Shown piece after piece: positions 58,460 to 64,000 of a stretch of 64,000 nucleotides of DNA. Where the stretch lies: positions 408,817 through 472,816 of the forward strand of contig NMRA01000086.1 of assembly GCA_002633005.1 (NCBI GenBank), in the 5' to 3' direction. Origin of the DNA: Phoronis australis (taxonomy: Eukaryota > Animalia > Phoronida). Numbering within the stretch: the first letter of the stretch is position 1; every line of letters starts with the position of its first letter. Under the pieces are notes generated by a model. That model was not told the origin of the DNA, searched no databases, and worked only from the letters and a program-made list of their open reading frames with translations. The translations under genes and the position numbers were made by a program.

Positions 58460-60645
58460 TCAAGACAAAAAATATCTGTTTTGAATATTTTCATCATTAC
58501 CAAAATTTTTGTAACCCCAAACAGATGACCCGCAACCCACAATTGGTGCCAAACACGAATTAAATAATGTTTTAAACGTTTCGAATCCTAGATTCTTGTT
58601 GTCACGGAATATTGAGCATATCTTCCCTAACGCTTTACCAGAAGCTTCAGATAACGTATTCAAATTTTCTTTGAAGTCAAGGTGTTGATCCAGAATACAG
58701 CCTAAATATTTTCATGAGGATTTATAACTGATGACACTGTTCAAAACAAATTCAAAGTTGCTTCTAGGCATAGACTTAGCTCGAAAATGGACAACATTAG
58801 TTTTTGCCATGTTTACAACCACTCTCCACATTTTACACCAGTTGTTTAAAACCTTCAGCATCTCTTGCATGTTATTTCCATTCTCAGACAAAAGTGCAAT
58901 ATCGTCGGCATAAAGAAGCACTGAAATATTGTTCGGGTCACATTTGACACCTTTATCCATTTTTTAATGTCCAGAGCTTAAGTCATTTATGTATAAGGCA
59001 AAGCGTGTCGGTGATAAAACGTCCCCCAGACTGACACCATTTTCAGGAGTGAACCAACCACTATACAGAGTGCCATTTAATCGTATACAGTTAAACAGAC
59101 TTCTGTAAATCATACGAATTGTAACATACATTATACCATCAATATTATTTTGCAGTAGTTTATACTGAAAACAAAAGTTCATGGTTTGTCCATGCTTTTT
59201 CCATGTCCACAAATGTCACAAACGTAGAAAGGATAGACGACTATCTTGTTTGAATAATTGATGACAGGACATGATAAGTGATCAATACAGGACCGTTGGC
59301 TTCGAAAACCATTTTGTTCGTCATCTAAAATATTGTTCTGTTCACAGAAACCTAAAATTCTATTATTCAACCCAGCACGGAAGATTTTATAAATATTTAA
59401 AGGAAGCCAAATCCCACGGTAGTTCAAAGGTAATCTAGGGTCGTCTGTATAATGCTTAGGTATCGGTATTATAATTGCCAGAAGACATTAGTGCACTTTT
59501 AAAAGAATCATTGAACAACTGGGTTAGAAAAACAACAAAAGTTTCGAATCTTTTAAAACAGCTCATAAGGTATACAGTCATAGCCGACGGCTTTGTTATT
59601 CTTTGTTTTCATAACAACAGTTCTAACCTCATCAACAGAGATTTCACAATTTAAGCCATGATCACGTATATTAGAACAATCATTTTCTAGCTGCTTGCGT
59701 AAATTCAAGGTTTTCAAATAAAATTCATCATCAAATGGTGTGTTTTCAGAAGTGCATTTAAATAGTTGTTCATAACCATTGTTCCATTTATTTAGAACAA
59801 AATTTCTATCAGATTTTATTTCATTGTTTGAATCCAAGACTTCCAGTGAAGCTTCGCTAAACTGTTTTGGTCTCAGTGTTTTAATATATGCCCAAAAATC
59901 CTTAGGATTTTCAGTATTCAGATTTTCAATTTAAATCTGAACCTTTAACTGGTATGAGCGTTTCGCGCATTCTAGTTTCTTGTCAAATTTATACCGAGCA
60001 GACAGAAATAGTTGTTTACAATGTGACCAGTTCCCGCGTCCTCTTTGACTTCTTGAAAGTTGTTTCTCAATGTCTTTTAATATTTTCCACTAATCAGTAA
60101 GTTCCAAATTCCAGTAAGGCTGATTCCTTTTAAATACTTTCTTAGTTTACGACTCGGATAATAATCCTTGTAGTCCAGCAAAGAATCCATTTCCTTTATT
60201 AATAGGTCAAGAAATGACTGATACACTATAACAAGTTTGTTCTGATGTTCATAGGATAATAATAAAGAAACAATTAAACATAAAATTTCTTCATTAAATG
60301 TCACATTATTACTAAGTTCTACAGGGTTATTGGTGTCATATTTACGTTTTTTCTAAAGAGTTACTGAATCTAAAGTTCTGTTGATACCAAATGAACATAC
60401 TCCAGGCAAGGAGATTTTACACTTTAAAACAAGAAGAGGTGATCTAGTGCTTTACATCTTGGCCCAATCAATGCGTGGATATCTAACATATCAATAATAT
60501 CAGAAGTCTTTGTAACAGAAAACGATATTCAAATTATTTTGGTCAGTTAAAATGTAATCTACAACAGCATTTCCTCTAGCCGAGACAGAGGTGAAGTTAT
60601 CAAATTCTGGAGTAATTCTGCCATTAACAATAGCCAATTTCGAGT
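58460..60645 (-). mobile_element. Decayed CR1/L2-type LINE ORF2 (endonuclease end plus reverse transcriptase)
   Basis: Fragmented ORFs: NGRITPEFDNFTSVSARGNAVVDYIL, KAVGYDCIPYE, NYRGI, DEQNGFRSQRSCIDH, GVSLGDVLSPTRFALYINDL, LLYADDIALL, VNMAKTNVVHF. Confidence 0.92.
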
Positions 60646-60679
60646 ACTCATTGCTAAAATATTCAACACAGAGCCTTTT

Positions 60680-61701
60680 GCACTCAATAATGGCACTGAG
60701 AGACCGAAAAAAGACTGCATGTTCGAAAGAAAATAAGGAACTGATTCTATCCCAGAAGGACAACTCGGGGAATCACGAATCTGAGAGAAGTCTCAAGCAA
60801 TTTACAAGTGAGCAAGTTTTCTGTGCAAATAATGGTGAAAAAATGGAGTCAAAACCATTCAAAAGAATTTGGGTATCACAGAGAGACCAAAATGTTAGAA
60901 GGAAAAGAAAAAAACGATGCCGTTACTCATTTTGCATGACCGCTATTCAGCCACTGGTGTGAAAAAAACTCATTTTCACTGATAAAAAAGACTTTACTCT
61001 AGAAGTCTCTAAAAATCGCCAATTACGTGTTTATGGGAAACAAAAACAAAGACATTCAGCCTTCTCGAATCTATCATGAGACTTCCAGTTTTTAGCAAAA
61101 AAGTTATGGTTTCCGCTGGAGTATCTTGGGAAGGAAAAACAAATATTCATTTTATTGACGCTGATAGAGCCAAACGTAACAGTCAACGCTACATGCAATT
61201 ATTGGATGAAAATCTTCTCCCGGATTGTAGGCGACTTTATCCTGGAAACAACTGCGTGTTTCAGCAAGATGGAGCTCCTTCACACTCGAGCAAGATAACC
61301 CAGGCTCATCTGGAGGAGGCCACACCAAAATTCGCTAAAAAGGACGAGAGGCCTCCGCTAAGTCCTGATTGCACTCCAATGGACTATGCCATATGGGACT
61401 CTCTGAAAGAGCCGGCCTACCGGGGAGTGAGAGGCAACTTGACTGAGCAGGAGATAAAACACAGGATAATTATGTCGTGGGAGGAAATCTCGATGGAAGA
61501 AATAGGGAAAGTCATTTTGGTTGGAAGAAACGGCTCTGTTCAGTCGTGGAGGAAGATGGAGGCCACTGTAATAAACGAGCTTCCCTATATATTTGTTGAT
61601 GATATCCTAAGGCTCACATCTAAGAAATTTGAAAAAAGTCGGTATATTCGTTGTTTAGAAATTACTTATAAAACAGTGGCTCATTTTTGGGGACACCTGA
61701 T
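60680..61701 (+). mobile_element. Tc1/mariner DD37D (maT-type) transposase pseudogene with right TIR
   Basis: IFTDKKDF, KKVMVSAGVS, FQQDGAPSH, PPLSPDCTPMDYAIW (37 residues between the 2nd and 3rd Asp); frameshifted N-terminus; end ...ttttggggacacctga|ta. Confidence 0.9.
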
Positions 61702-63764
61702 ATAGTGTATTGGGGACGATCAGAAGCTAAGGACGCTTGTGCTTCACAATGGATCAAATGCGAAAAGCCTCTGGAGAAATCTCACATTAAGCATCCCCAA
61801 AAGAGCTGGTTCATATGGCCAAAACAGACTTTCTCTCTGCACGGTCATCTTTAAAATATCTGCGATGAGGTTCTAGGAAATTTAGCAAACTTTTTTGAAA
61901 ATAGTCGGCTTAATCGCAAAATACCCAGTGGTAGTGCTGCAAGAGCATTGCTGCAAACGCACATATTGAGCTTAGGCAAAGTTTACAACTTCGTACTTTT
62001 AAAATGAGTTTGTGTAATATATCTTGTGGGGAGTCGTGTCCGAAGAAACATTCTTGAAAAAGTGCTACGGTGCTGCATCATCTTCAGCAATCCGGATGTG
62101 TCCCATAACGCTCAAATGAGTGAGGTCTTCCGGTACGTAAACATTAAAGGCTAAAGCCACCCGATTCATTTCGTTTTTATCGCTTTAATCTGTCAGTATC
62201 CGCATTAGCTGGTGTTCGGTCGATCTCGCTGAGACGAGAGATGTCGCATTTACAGGTGAGGATGGTGAGTACACTACGCGATGATGTTAGTCTATTGTGT
62301 TTCAGAAATCAGTTCAAAATTTGCGAATTTTCAATATTTTCTTCATGCCATTATTTACCTGATTCGCAGTTCACCACTGTAGCCACAGATAGTAGAGCAA
62401 CTACGACTAGCATTGTTTGAGCGCAAGCCATTTCCTTGCGATAGACGTTCACCTGGCAGATAGTCCTAGACGTTCACAGACTGAATGCAGTTAAAGCATC
62501 AATTTCTTTTATTTTCTGGTACAGGGTGGAAAAACGTAAAAGTATAAGCAGGAAGATCGTTTGTCACCCTGTGTCACATAAGTACAACAGCTCACTTATC
62601 TTCAAATCTTCAAAAATGCAGCAAAATTGTGGTATTGATATGGGCTAGCCACGGCTAACGATAAAACTCGTGACGGGTATTAATGGGGTGAGGGTAATCA
62701 TACATCTTATGACGGATATTTATTTTTTGTACGCAGTGTCATATGATGACAATAATCGAAAACTCTGTCTCACCTGACAACTTGTTAGTTTATTGTCGAG
62801 TTCATTATCGTCATGTGAGGGCTATGCTAGGCATCCACTTAGAGGGAATCTGGCGACAAAAACACAACTCATTTGTGCGGGTGATCAGACAGGTACATTG
62901 TTATGTATATTATGGTCAATTATTTCACCAAAACACGCAAGGCACTTTGTCCCATTAAGTAATTCATTGCATATGCACTCAGTGTAAAGGAATCAGTTAG
63001 GTTTGATGGAGAAGTCATGTTAGAAGCAGCCAACCAAGTCCAAGTCACTTGTAGTGATCCTTCTTTGAAACCAAGAGGGCTACCAAGCTCAAATATATTC
63101 CATTGCCATGGTGACCGCTTATATTTTGCCAGTAAAAACTGAAGCCATCTCTCATTTTAACTTAATATCATGCTAAAACAGGGTAGAGTTTAGTAACGCT
63201 AGGACCTTGCTAAAATGGAGCCAACATCACGCGTTCTCATTTAAACAGTACACACCATGGATTTTTGCACATTTTGAATTACCGGTGGCCACAGACTAAA
63301 TGTATGACGTAAAATTTAGCTAGACCCATGTTTATTTTGTGTAATTAGCTCGAAATTTTGATTTTTCTTTCAATTTTGCCAATTTTCCCATTTGCCGCCT
63401 TGTGACGTCATGGGTTGAACACAAGAGATCAGTGACTAGCATTGAACAATAGCGGAGAGCAGGGAATTTGAAAGCGACAACGATTATGAGCAAGAATTGA
63501 ACAAATACTATGAAGAAACGTACGGCAATGGTGGCCAGGATGAGGAAATGGGGTTGCACGAAAGCAAGAACAAGTTTAATGTGCTTCCGGCTGCGTACTT
63601 TTCTACTTTGAGCCTTACGAAATAGATCCTCCCGCGAGAGAAGCGGCCTCGGGCTCAGTGAGTCAACCCAGTCATCACAGACGATCCTGAATTAAGAGCT
63701 GATGTTTCTGAATGATAAATAATGTCCTTTATTGAACCTGGCTTTCATCGTAACGTCTCCTGTG

Positions 63765-63968
63765 ACTGGAGTTGAAACAAGAGTCCTCAAAATGGGCAGA
63801 ACACAGAGGGGCCCGGACCGAATCGCTTGGTCCACGATGACGTCCCACACTCTCGTTCGGCGCACGAAGCGATGCCACTTCTGCTCAACTTTGGTGTCCT
63901 CCGGAACACCGAGACGTTCTCCGCCTGGCTGCTGTTGCTGCAGCCTCCGGAAACACATCTTTTGATCC
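63765..63968 (-). pseudogene. THAP-domain pseudogene (transposon-derived)
   Basis: Across frameshifts: GSKRCVSGGCSNSSQAENVSVFR / PEDTKVEQKWHRFVRRTR / CSAHFEDSCF, the full C2CH THAP signature. Confidence 0.8.
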
Positions 63969-64000
63969 CTCTACGTAACCTGGTTCCCGGGCCTCACAAG

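Overview
Animal (invertebrate-like, AT-rich, intron-rich) genomic DNA, not prokaryotic; most entries in the ORF track are spurious. Two spliced protein-coding genes can be reconstructed, both on the minus strand. (1) A complete O-GlcNAcase (OGA/MGEA5-like) gene: 13 coding exons from ATG 41405 to stop 23859, all GT-AG with consistent phases, about 882 aa, with a GH84 catalytic domain, stalk and C-terminal pseudo-HAT domain. (2) A multi-C2H2 zinc-finger gene (ATG 8320, probable non-coding first exon near 10296) that runs off the left edge. The rest is dense transposon debris: a DD37D (maT) Tc1/mariner transposase, a pogo/CENP-B HTH fragment, two decayed LINEs, two Penelope GIY-YIG remnants with hammerhead-like motifs, four THAP remnants, several MITE families (TA, TAA and 5-bp TSDs) and a Helentron/HINE-like array. 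The most notable observations are a 2.26-kb palindrome carrying two outward-facing THAP pseudogenes, splice architecture in OGA that parallels the regulated short-OGA/detained-intron region of vertebrate OGA, a repeat array of co-oriented CTCF-like motifs, and an unclassified 5-bp-TSD MITE family. I see no clear evidence for a wholly new biological system. All family assignments come from motif recognition by eye, with no database search.
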